From assembly GCF_004010195.1 (NCBI RefSeq), contig NC_057735.1:3910151-3974150 (forward strand): 64,000 nucleotides of DNA, in the 5' to 3' direction. The translations under genes and the position numbers were made by a program. Each line of letters opens with the position of its first letter. Position 1 is the first letter of the stretch. The notes under the pieces were generated by a model. The model was not told where the DNA came from. It did not search any database and worked only from the letters and a program-made list of their open reading frames with translations. Positions 12,386-23,474 of the stretch are shown here, one piece after another. Source of the DNA: Chiloscyllium plagiosum (Eukaryota).

Positions 12386-12877
12386 CAAGGGAGCTCAGCA
12401 CAGTTGGATGACAGTTTAGTGCGTGTAGTCTTGCAGATGAATTGAGGATGTTGTTTAATGCATTGGGATATGACAGTATAACTACCATTGAGGTATGGTT
12501 AAGTGAGGGTCAGGAATTGCAGCTTGGTGTTCTGGGCTATGCAATCTTCAAGTGCAGTGGGAAGGGGTGTAAAAGAGGAGATGACCAACGAGCCAATTAC
12601 AACCGTAAGAAGGGATGATATCCTAGCAGACTTCTCAATTAAGCCCGTATGAGCAGAACTTAAAAATAAAAAAAAAGGGGGCAGTAACATTGGGAATGTA
12701 CTATTGACTACCAAACTGTCAGAAGCAGACAGAAGGGGAAGTTTGTTGGCTAACTGAGGATTTCAATTTCCTGAATATTAATTATGATAGACAAAAGCGG
12801 GAAAGGCTTAGACGAAGCAGTATTCTTAATATATCCAGGAGAGCTTTTTAAGACAGCACATGTGATATTGTACAAGA

Positions 12878-13016
12878 GGTAGACAAAGTTAGCAATCACG
12901 CAACATCAGGTTATAGTCCAACAGGTTTATTTGGCCAAATAAACCTGTTGGACTATAACCTGGTGCTGCGTGATTGTTAACTTTGTCCAACCCAGTCCAA
13001 TACCGGCACCTCCAAA
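12878..13016. mobile_element. Palindromic mini PLE, second family
   Basis: 53-nt arms (12882-12934 and 12935-12987), no spacer, 3 mismatches. TSD tacaaga at 12871-12877 and 13017-13023. Same family as 40986-41117. Confidence 0.75.
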
Positions 13017-13194
13017 TACAAGAAATGGGGCAGTGCTGGACCTAATACTAGAGAAAATAACTGAGCAAGTAGTAGAAGTGTTACGAGGAGAACATTTCAG
13101 TCATTGAGACTGGGTTATATTATTAGTTACTTGTAGTCATAGAAAAGGACATACCAGAAAGAGAGGTTCTGATTAATTGTGATTTGATTCTATC

Positions 13195-13420
13195 CGACAA
13201 CATTCTTTCTAATAACTTACCCACTACTGAGGTTAGACTGGTCTGTAATTTCCCTTTTTAAATAATGTGACGATGTTAGCAGTCCTCTGGCAGATCACCT
13301 GTGGCTAGAGAAGATTTGAAAATTACTGCTATAGCTTCTGATACCACCACCTTTGCCTCTCTCAACAGCCTAGGAAACATCTTATTCAAGTTTGCAGATT
13401 TATCCACTTTCAAGTCCTCT
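13195..13420 (-). mobile_element. CR1 ORF2 internal fragment
   Basis: Minus strand gives a NYRPV*PQ-type RT N-terminal region (gttagactggtctgtaatt). Confidence 0.55.
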
Positions 13421-14061
13421 TTATTATCTCTTAATGTTAATTTATTCTAATATTTCACAGTCCTTCTCCCTGAAACATTTGAGGGTATTTTAATTCATTT
13501 TAATATGAAATGCATAGGTGATTTATGATATTAAATTTTGTTCATTCTGATACGTACTGGCTCAGAAACGAACAAAGCTTTTTGAACTGATAAGAATTAT
13601 TTTTGAATGGTTTATTCTGCTGATCTTGTGGAGTGTTGCAAATTAGTCACAACATGAATAGTCCAAATGGCCTAAGACTTGAGTGGGTTTATAATTTGAG
13701 TCTTTCCCTGCATGTATTCATCTCTCCTTATTAACATGTCATTTTATTCCTTAATAAAAAGAGGAAATGTTGGAGAAGCTCAGCAGGTCTGGCAGTATCT
13801 GTGGAAGCGAAACAGAATTCATGTTTTGGCACCAAAGACTATTCCGTATACCTCATACTCCATGTGCCAGTGTTCTCACTGGGCATCAGAATTTATTTTC
13901 TCCATGAAGATGAATTGCTAGAAAGTGGAACAAGAATTAGTGACTAATTTTTAAATGTTTTTTCTTTTACTGCCATGCAGAAACTCTGGACTGAAATGTT
14001 GACTTTCTGTGTTGTAAACTTGCAGTGATCCTATAGTTCCTTGCCATGCGACTTCCTTTTG

Positions 14062-14150
14062 TAGTCTAGATTGGAGTGGTGCAGGTCAGGCAGCATCTGA
14101 GGAGCAGGAAAATTGACGTTTTGGGCAAAAGTCATTCCTGATGAAAAGCT
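14062..14150. mobile_element. PLE pLTR micro-fragment with inverted junction
   Basis: caggtcaggcagcatctgaggagcaggaaaattgacgttttgggcaaaag joined to cattcctgatgaa. Confidence 0.65.
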
Positions 14151-15759
14151 GGAATAATAATAAACAGGGCATAAACAGTGTTTTGCATGTTATACTATTA
14201 CTCACTAGTCAAAAGCAACATAACTTTAATCAAAGAAGCACCACAGGCAATTTACAAACAATGGTGTAGACTTAGGGGTATGTGTTACAGACAATAGTGT
14301 TCAATGTATTACTGAGTTGGCTTCTGTGGCAAAACCATGAAGACGGCACTTATATATTTGATTTATACATCCTTGATGTTGGAAGAAAAAGGAGTTCTGA
14401 ATCAAGGATTCAATAGGGTGTATACAGAATAAAACTTCTTCCAGCGAAATCAAGAATCCAGAGAACATAATAAAATTAGAGCAGTTCAGAAATATGATCA
14501 AGAACCCTTTTCCAAACAATAGGGGGGAAGAAGTGTTCCTTCTCCCACTCCCCTGCAGATAAAACAATGGATCCTGGGTTGGAACAGCGATTGTTGGGTC
14601 GATGGGGGAAACTGAGGTATTGTTGGACCTTTCAAAACTAAGGGCGTTACGTTTTTAGTAAGGATTTAAAGACATGGAGGCAAGGGACTGCATGGCTTCT
14701 GTTTCAACCTACTATTTTAATTCATATTTACTGATCCAATCTTTTAAAACCTCTCTATACGTTATGTATTGTAATGTCTGCCACTGGTTTCATACAAATT
14801 ATTCTGTGTATGTTATCTGACGGATACTGGAAGAATTAACATAGGAATATAAAATTGAGAAACCATTTACCCTGTCTGAGTTTCAGAATGCAAATGTTAA
14901 CTGTGCAGTGTAAATGGCTTGGAGCCAGTTCAAGGCTGATGCACATTCCTGGCCTTCAAATGCTGGTTATAAATAACTGGAGCTCACTTTCTCAGTTTCT
15001 GACCTCAGCTGAATGCTCTGGATAGTTTGGAGTATCTTAAGCTACCTATATTTTCCATATTATTATAACACTGTTAATGATGGTACAGATGGTCATATGA
15101 CAACAATAATTTCCATTTATAAAGCACCTTTAATTCAAAAAGGCATAGTTCAAACAATGTGGCACCAGTGGCCAGTCCAGCATTTATTGCCCATCCCTAA
15201 TTGCCATTGAGAAGCACTGCTGCTCTCCTTTGGATGTACATGCATGTGTAATATTGTTGGAAGTGGTGTGGGGGATGTTCCAGAATTGATATCTGGTGAC
15301 TCTTTTTGAAGAAATGGCAGTGTCGTTCTGGTAGTGACTTTCCCATCTGTGTAGCTGGCTCAGCTGTGTACTTTGCACAGGACCCTTTGAATGCTTGATG
15401 AGTAATCTAGTGTAATGGGAGGAGTGAAAACAAAAGAAGAATAAAGAACAATTAGGTCAGAGATGTGAAAGACAATGTCCTGCTTTGTGACAGTAAGTTA
15501 CTATCTGTCAGATTTGGACAATGTTCAAAATCACTTGGGTTCAACTCTCTTATTGAGTCCCTAGTTAAATTATTGCTGTGTAATTTCATTCCAGGCATCC
15601 ATTACCTTTGTGACCTGTCCAAATTCCACCATTTTACATGTCACACAAAAGCCAGTAGCCATGCAGGAACATTTAGGATGCGATGACTGAAATTATGATC
15701 AAAATGATGAAACATACTTTGAAGGGAAAGAGAGAACTTGTCTTTTATCCAATGTGGGT

Positions 15760-16540
15760 GTCGTTATCTTGCCAACATTTTTTTTTGCCCCTCCCTAGTT
15801 GTCCTTGGTGGTGAGCTGCCATCTTGAGCCATTGCAGTTCATGTGGTGTAGGTACACCCACCGTGCTAATGGGCAGGAAGTTACAGGATTGTTGATTTGT
15901 TCCCTAGTCAGGGTGGTGTGTGATTTGGGCGGGAACCTGCAGGTTGAATTCCTATGTAGCTGTTGCCCTTGGCCTTCTGACTGGTAGAGGTAATTTGCTG
16001 AGAAAATGCTGTTCATTGCCTTGAGGGTTCACACTGGTGGAGGAAGTGAGTGTTGAAGATAGTGTATTGGTGTCAGTCATGTGGGCTGCATTTTTTTGAA
16101 TGCTGTTGGACTTCTTGGGTACTGTTGAAACGTTGTTCATTCAGGCAAGTGGAGAGTATTCCATCATTCTTCTGACTTGTGCCTTGTGGATGGTGGGCAA
16201 TGGTTAGCCAGTTAAGAGGTCCTCCTAATTCTTAGCCTCTTGATTTCCTGTTGTTATATTTATATGACTCGTCAAGTTCTGCTTCTGATCAATGCAAAGC
16301 CCCCAGAATATCAATAACTTATGCTTTTGAGAATGGTAATGCTATTTAATGTCAAGGGACAAGGATTAGTTTTCCTGTTTTTGGAGATTGTCATTAGTCT
16401 GCATTTGTGTCCCATGACTGTTTGTTTTGTTGCCACTGATCAGTTCAAGCCTGAATATTATCCAGGTCTTGCTATGTTTGGACGTATAATGTTTCAGTAT
16501 CTGAAGGTAAATGAATGCTGCTGAACATAGTAGCATATAA
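15760..16540 (-). mobile_element. CR1/L2-group LINE 3' part
   Basis: Reverse complement of the family at 5305-5665, extending into the RT region. Confidence 0.6.
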
Positions 16541-17512
16541 GGCTCTGGAGGAGATGGTACCTGTGCAAGCTGGACTGTGTGTATTTGAACATATATTCCC
16601 CCCCCCCCCCCCATCCGTCCTGTGCCACAGTGCTAGGCTCAATGCCAGAGACCTTTATAACAAAGTCTTTGAAGCAGCTGAAGATGTTTTTACCTCAGAC
16701 ACTCCCCTGAGGAGCTCTTGTGATGATGTGCTTTGACTGAGATGATTGCAAAAATCCAAGCTCCTAGATTGGGTGATGAGGTGAATTAGAACTGAATGAA
16801 ATACCACTGAGCCTGTGACAATGGAGATAATCAATAATTGCAGTGATTTGGCCAACACCAAAAACACCATTCGAAAACAATTTCTGATAACCATCTCGTA
16901 CGTGGCCCTTGTGGCAGAATTGGTCTTTTGTGTCAATGCCTGTAGAGACCAATACACGAATGTAACATTAAATCTGTCCCATCTCAAATAAATTTATTGC
17001 ATTATCTTCAGAGTAACTAGGTTGATTGATGAACACTCCTTCACTAGTCTTACCCATATCCAAAGAACAATTAACATTACTGGAGAAGACTTTAATCAGC
17101 AATCTTAGCAAATATCTGTGGGAAAGATTTTATGAAGGCCAAGGAAACCCAGCAAAACAAGATATGGAACATTGAAAGTGTTTTGTGCGACACTATGCAG
17201 TGCTGTGATTTGCGACATTGTGATGAAGCTGTTATGTCAATTTGACATCAGCAAGAACAGCTATTTGTTAGTCAATATTGTGTTTCCTTGTGTTCTCTCC
17301 TGCTTCCTCTTTTTCAAGTGTTAACTTCTGTTTTTAATATAAGATTCTTTCTCTTGGTGCAATGAGATGTTGTGCAATTACACTCTCCAACTTAATGGCA
17401 TGAGGTCTTGGTTTTAGGCTTACTCTTGTCTGCACATCTGTTGAAGTGATAATAGACTTGCATTCGGTTTTATAATGGAGAAAACGGGCCATTTGGCCCA
17501 CAGGTTTATGTT

Positions 17513-17802
17513 GATTAGATTAGATTCCCTACAGTGTAGAAACAGGACTTTTTCGCCCAGCAAGTCCACACTGACCCTCCTGAAGAGTAACCCACGCAGA
17601 CCCATTTCCCTCTGTCTAATGCACTGAATACACGGGCAATTTAGCATGGCCAATTCACCTGACGTGCACATCTTTAGACTGAGCAAACCCACACAGACAT
17701 GGGGAGTATGTGCAAACTCCACACAGAGGGTGAGGCTGGAATCGAACCTGAGTTCCTGGCGCTGTGAGGCAGCAGTGCTAACCACTGAGCCACTGTGGCA
17801 CC
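17513..17802 (-). mobile_element. HE1-type SINE (tRNA head, V-domain, CR1/HER1-like tail), internally deleted
   Basis: Head tggctcagtggttagcactgctgcctcacagcgccagg..ggttcgattcc has pol III A/B boxes. Tail (TAATC)n. Confidence 0.85.
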
Positions 17803-18029
17803 TTTTGTTATGCTGCACATGATCCTCTTTCTACTATACATCATCTAATTCTATAGCAATACTTTTATTTCTTTCTACCCTGTACTGACCTTGGGTTCCC
17901 TTAAATTCATTTCTGTTATTCGTCTTAACATGTGGCATCGTGTTCACAATTGTCCTTTGTATATGAAATTTCTTTTAAATTCTGTTGGGTTTATCAATGG
18001 CAATATTTTATTTATGTTTTCTGATATTG

Positions 18030-18120
18030 TGAAGAGGAGTCATTTTTGACTTAAAGCATTAACTGTTTCTGTCTCCACAGATGCTGCTATACCTGCTGAG
18101 TATTTCCAATGCTTTATTTG
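18030..18120 (+). mobile_element. Old PLE pLTR fragment, third family
   Basis: tgaagaggagtcatttttgacttaaagcattaactgtttctgtctccacagatgctgc. Related copies at 13760-13830, 19400-19515 and 21935-22075. Confidence 0.55.
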
Positions 18121-18349
18121 TAGTCTCTGATTTTAGTGGCAACCTCGTCCTTCAGACTTTGAAGACATTGGTTCATTGCTCAGCCTTTTCTTTTCTAAAG
18201 AGAATTACCCCAACCTGTTCAGTCATGGACATGGGAAGGGAGAGAAATATTCATTTATGAGGGCGGCATTTTGAGTTGTACAACCTTGGTCACCATCAAG
18301 AGGAGTGGCCTTTCCCTTAAAGTTCTTATTTGTTTTTGCCTGAATGTAG

Positions 18350-18452
18350 GTTCTCCCCAGAGGCAGCCTCCCGGCGAGGGCTCAGTACAGCAGAAATGAA
18401 TGCTGTGGAAGCAATACACAGAGCAGTAGAGTTCAATCCACATGTGCCAAAG
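18350..18452 (+). CDS. ST7L: ST7/ST7L exon D (103 bp; [34 protein letters not shown])
   Basis: Acceptor tgaatgtag|G and donor AAG|gtaagt. Phase 2 to 0. Confidence 0.95.
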
Positions 18453-20124
18453 GTAAGTGTCTCAAATGTAGTTGGTTCAAATTTAAATTATTTGATTTTA
18501 TAGCACCCTCACATCCAGAGCATTGTGGGCTCAAGATCATTTCTAGAGATATGAGTGCAGTTTTAACTGCGGTGGGAGTGCAGCATTGTAGAGGTACTAT
18601 TTGTGTAACTGAGACATGAAATTTTAGCCCTGTCTGCCTATTGAGATTTGCTAAAAAAAAAATCCTATGGTACAGTCAGAAAAAAAACTCTTTCACTGTC
18701 AAGATCATTACACATCAGTTGGTGGGTTACATTGTCTCCTCCTACCATCTTAAACATCAGTGCTGGGAAAAACTGGACCAAAAGTCAAATAAAGCTACCT
18801 CTAACCTCCACAGTGTATGCACTCCTTTCCTGATAAATTGGCTTGTGAATAAAAAATGGATTGATCAAAAAATTTGGATTAAACAATCTGCATAACATAA
18901 CACGAAGGGATGTGGTGTTAAGAAGTTTAAATATCAGATTATTTGACTTTTAAAAAATGATGCCAAGAATGACGGATATCCAGAAGAGATTATATGGTTG
19001 TAATATAATCTCTGAATTTAGTGATGTATTAAATTGTGCAACTTCATGAGATTACTGTCATCTTTAATCATTTGCATTTGCCATAGTTTGTTCTCTGTGT
19101 TCGTAGACAGGTACTCAAGGATTAAAGAGCTGGAGTCCCAATGAGAGAAAGGGATAATTTTACATTTTCCATTGGATAGTCCCAAGTTCAAATCCTGTAT
19201 TAGACAGATAGTTGAATTCAGCTATCCTTTTTATGTGGTATATGTTGGTTTATGCACAAATTGTGAGAGTGGAGCACAATAGTGCCAACTGGAGTGAAGG
19301 AGGAACCGTCCTCTTTGTCATATACTGCTGAAGGATAGCCTAGAAATGGGAGTCAAACTTGGAGAGACAATAAATTGACAAGTAGAATTAACGTAAAATA
19401 AATGAAGAATGCTGCTGGAACTGAAATTGCAGAAGAAACTCCGGTAGTCTGGTAAGCTCTATGGAAAGAAAACAGAGTTAATATTTTGAGTCCAATGACC
19501 CATCTTCAGTAATATTAACAGTAGGCTCTGAGTGTGTACTTTCTGGCAAAATACAGCTACCACATGACGTAAATGCTCCAGTGTAGTGGCTCCTTGTGTT
19601 TCTTTGACTTCTTGTTGCTATTGGCTGTCAGATTCTTAGTCTGGATTGGGTAATTTTGATCCATGTAGCTACTTGGTTACCTGGGGGAATTAATTGCAAT
19701 CCAGACAAAACACGAGTGCATGGAAAAACTTTATCAATGAAGACCTGATCATATATAATCATCACCAGTCTCGTAACATCCTTCTGTACTGTATTACTTT
19801 ATATGCACATTTAAAAACAAACTGCTTGTCTAAGTATGTTCACACAAATAATAGAGGTAGGCTGGAACTTCCCCAAAAAACCAGAGAGGGTGGGGAAAAA
19901 GCTGCCTACCAGAAATCTAGCAAAGGTTTTAAACAAAAAGGAATTAGTGTCAGTAAGTGGAGTTCAGATGAGACATGATCAAATTAAATAAGGGAAAAGA
20001 CAAGTGTTGAATGATATACACTTACTTTGACTTGCCTAAGTAATACATTAGTTTGACAGCTTAACAACAAGTTTGTGTAGTTTATAAGAATGGTCACTGG
20101 GTGAAGAGTTGGTCACATGAGGAT

Positions 20125-20600
20125 CCGTTCAGGACTATGGGTCCATATTTGATTGAGTTCAAAGGATGAGGGGGGGGGTCTTTTAATGAAAACGTACAGA
20201 ATTCTGAGAGGCCAGGATAGGGTGGACATAGAGGTAAAAACCTGCTGTGCTTTTCCAGCATCACTCTAATCTAGACTAGGGTGGACATAGAGAAGATGTT
20301 TCCACTAATAGGAGAGACCAGAACCTGAGGCCATAACCTCCGTGTGAAGGGACAACCCTTTAATGAAATGAGGAAGAATTTCTTCAGCTAGAGGGTGGTT
20401 AAACCTGTGGAACTCATTGCCAAAGAGGGCTGTGGAGGCCAAGTCATTGAGCACATTTAAGACAGAGGTAGATGGATTCTTGATTGGTAAACAGATCAAA
20501 ATTTACAGGAAGGAGGCAGGAGAATGGTTTTGAGAAACATATCCGCCATGATCAAATGGTGGAGCAGACTGGATAAGCTGGCTGAATCTTGCTCCTGTAT
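20125..20600 (+). mobile_element. CR1 3' end carrying a 43-bp PLE micro-insertion
   Basis: Encodes RKNFFS*RVV..LWNSLP followed by a CR1 3'UTR. Insertion 20234-20276 is flanked by a 16-bp TSD tagggtggacatagag. Confidence 0.8.
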
Positions 20601-20744
20601 TATAAATGTGGATACAAATTAACATAGAGGTACAACAATAAAGAGAGAGAGTTTACTGATTTACTTGCAGGCTTGGTTCCAGTTATCCCCTTTGCAACAA
20701 AACCCACTTCACTCGAAGACCACACATGCTGTTTTCCTATATGT

Positions 20745-20947
20745 CCTGGCCAACATTACTCCCTCAATCTATATCACTGATACTGGTTATATGATCACTA
20801 TCATGTTGCTGATTGTGGGATCTTGCGGTGTGAAAATTAGCTGTTGCATTTCCTATATTGCAAGAAAGCTTACACTTCAAAATGGGTTGTAGAGTGCTAT
20901 TGTATGTGCTGAGGTTGAAGGCACTTTGGAAATGCAAGTCTCTTTCT
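20745..20947 (+). mobile_element. DeuSINE 3' half
   Basis: gtcctggccaacattactccctcaa...tgtgggatcttgc...aaatgcaagtctctttc. Confidence 0.65.
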
Positions 20948-23474
20948 GTAGAAGGTGAATATTCTCATTCATTCTTTGACTTTTTGACTGTTAGGAGTTT
21001 TTATTACTTTATTTTGTATAAACTTTGAATACTCGCAAAAACATTTTTGTCAGCGTTCACAATATCTTATTCCACATTATTGGTAAAGCTCTGACCAATG
21101 TATTTCAATTAAACTGACATTTACGGTCACTGCCTATGCTTTCCAGACTATTTGGCTTTATCATCTTTCTCTGTTTTTCCTATTCCCTCTGGGGTTTATT
21201 ACGCAATAATGGACAAATGAAATTTCACAATTGAAAAATCCACAAAATGCAAATCAAATCATTAGCTGATATGGTGCTACCCCTTTAACAGACCCTGTTG
21301 ATAGTAACAAACATTGCTGCTGTTTTGAATTGCGAAGCTGACTGACTTAGAAAATTATTCAGTGCAGGTATTTCAGCAATAACGTTAAGTGTGTGTGGTG
21401 TGCACCCAGGGAAACTGGATGAGCTGACACCTCAACTGTTTCTCTCGGTGGTTCATGCAGGCATTGTGCTTCATTTTCAATCATGCCTGTGCATAGTTTA
21501 AAACCTGATGCCTTAAGGAAAGAACAGGGTGTTTTTAACTGAGGCTTTCACCTCCAAGAACAATACGTCCTGTAAGAGAAGATTAAAATGAAGAATCATG
21601 TAATTGTTGACCAAAGTTGTCATCTGCTAAATTCAAACTGGAATGTCAATCTCTTTTTAATTTTAGGAGGACCAGGTTTAAACTCAAATGACATTTTGAA
21701 CTGAAACAGTGGTCCTGGTTTTGTGGACTCTGTGGCAAAATTGAGACAGAATGCTAAATCCTAATTTTCGGTCAAGTTCCAGCTTATTCATTCTCTGGCT
21801 TTTACCAAATTGAGAGGAAATATTAAAATGAATTTTTGAACACTTTTCAATAATTAAAATGAAAGTATGGGAATAAAATATGGAACTTTTGACACTGAAT
21901 TCCCTGCCTAAACTCCTCCTCCTCCTCATAAAAGCAAAATGTTTCAGATTTCCAGCATCTGCAGTAATCAGAATGCTGGAGAAACTCAGCAGGTCCAGCA
22001 GATTCTGTGGCTCTGTTGCTGTCTCTCTACAGATGCTGTCAGACCTGATTATTTTCTCCAGCATTCTCTGTGGTTCCTCCTCCTTTTGTGAAATCATTTT
22101 CAAGAATGCACCTGTACGACGAAATCTTCAGTCATCCCTCCCAATACCCCTTTGACTGAGTGTCCATCTTTGTAAGAATACATCTCTGTGAAACACAGTA
22201 AAGTTTTTTTTAATATTCATAGTGCTGCATAAGTGTAATTTTAGATTATACACTATGACAGCCCAGATTCAAAATTGGCTAAGGCTTAAAACAAAGTAGT
22301 AGGGAACATTTGGTCTGTAGACTAAAGGAAAGAATCTAGTTTTGGGGTACCAGCCATGGCATTGAGGTACTTTGTTGTTACTAACCGAGTCTTAACAAGA
22401 CGAAGACTTTGATTTGTTTGTTGCATAATAGCAATCGGGTACAAGTTAACATCAGTGAACTAATCATAGTTACTAAGACTATGAGGAGACCTATGGAGAA
22501 AGGTCTTCATTCCAATAATTTATCAGATTAGCCCTCACTTCCACTAAAACTTGTGTGACATTATCAAATTGAATGGAACGCAATGCAACATTAACCCCTT
22601 CAGAATCATTACTTCACACAACAGAGAGTATATTGTGGGTTCTCCCGGGGATGGCATTTCAAAATTTGACAAAACTGGGAATTGTAGTGAACAATGAGAA
22701 TAATAAAAGATTTCAGGAGGTCACAAACACTGGTGAAATGGGTGATGGAATTTGCACTGAATGACATTGCATTAAAATTTTGGAAAAAGGTTGAAATGAA
22801 AGTCAGTGGAAAAAAGCTCAGATAAACTAAAACATGACTTTGATAGATTTCTACATTCCAGTCACAACCAGATCAGGAAATCCAGTGCCTCAAATACTGC
22901 CCCATTCCCTGATTACTGCAAGCTGTGCCTTCAACGAGATTTTTCAAATTTAAAGATATTTGTTGATCTGATAAGTAATTTTAGAAAGCATGTGTTTCCT
23001 GGCGTGCAAACATGTTTAGACCATTTGTAAGAACATGAAACAACTTGTAGCTTTATTGATTGCTTGCTATGTTGTCCAGTTCACTTGTGGTTTAAATATA
23101 GTGTCACATGGGAATCCATGTGCTTTTGTTCCTTATTATAATTCAAATAACCAAGCATTGCAAATTGATTAAATTCAAACTTGAAAGCTGATAAACATTT
23201 AATGGTACAGATATGAATCATTTATCAAGTGTAAAAACATTTTAAACAAGACAGAAATAACATTCTCTGGCTTTACACTGGAATAATATTGGTGGAAATA
23301 TTCTGCCTTCTGTCATTTGTGACATTGACTTTTGAATCCACATGATCCAATTTTAGGAGTAGGAATTTGGGTGATTGTCATTGAACGGACAGTGGTTGAC
23401 ATATTCATTGTCCTTGGGGAAACTGGATGTAAGAGCGGACCTTGTATCTTTTCCATTTCTGTTATCCTCCATAT

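Larger units (their letters stand above)
11290..13160 (+). mobile_element. Old CR1 (ORF1 esterase and APE remnants) interrupted by an RTE and a PLE
   Basis: IVIHTGTYGIG and RNRWVEQMN esterase remnants at 11575-11720. APE remnants resume at about 12460 and include EDFNF at about 12760. Confidence 0.6.
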
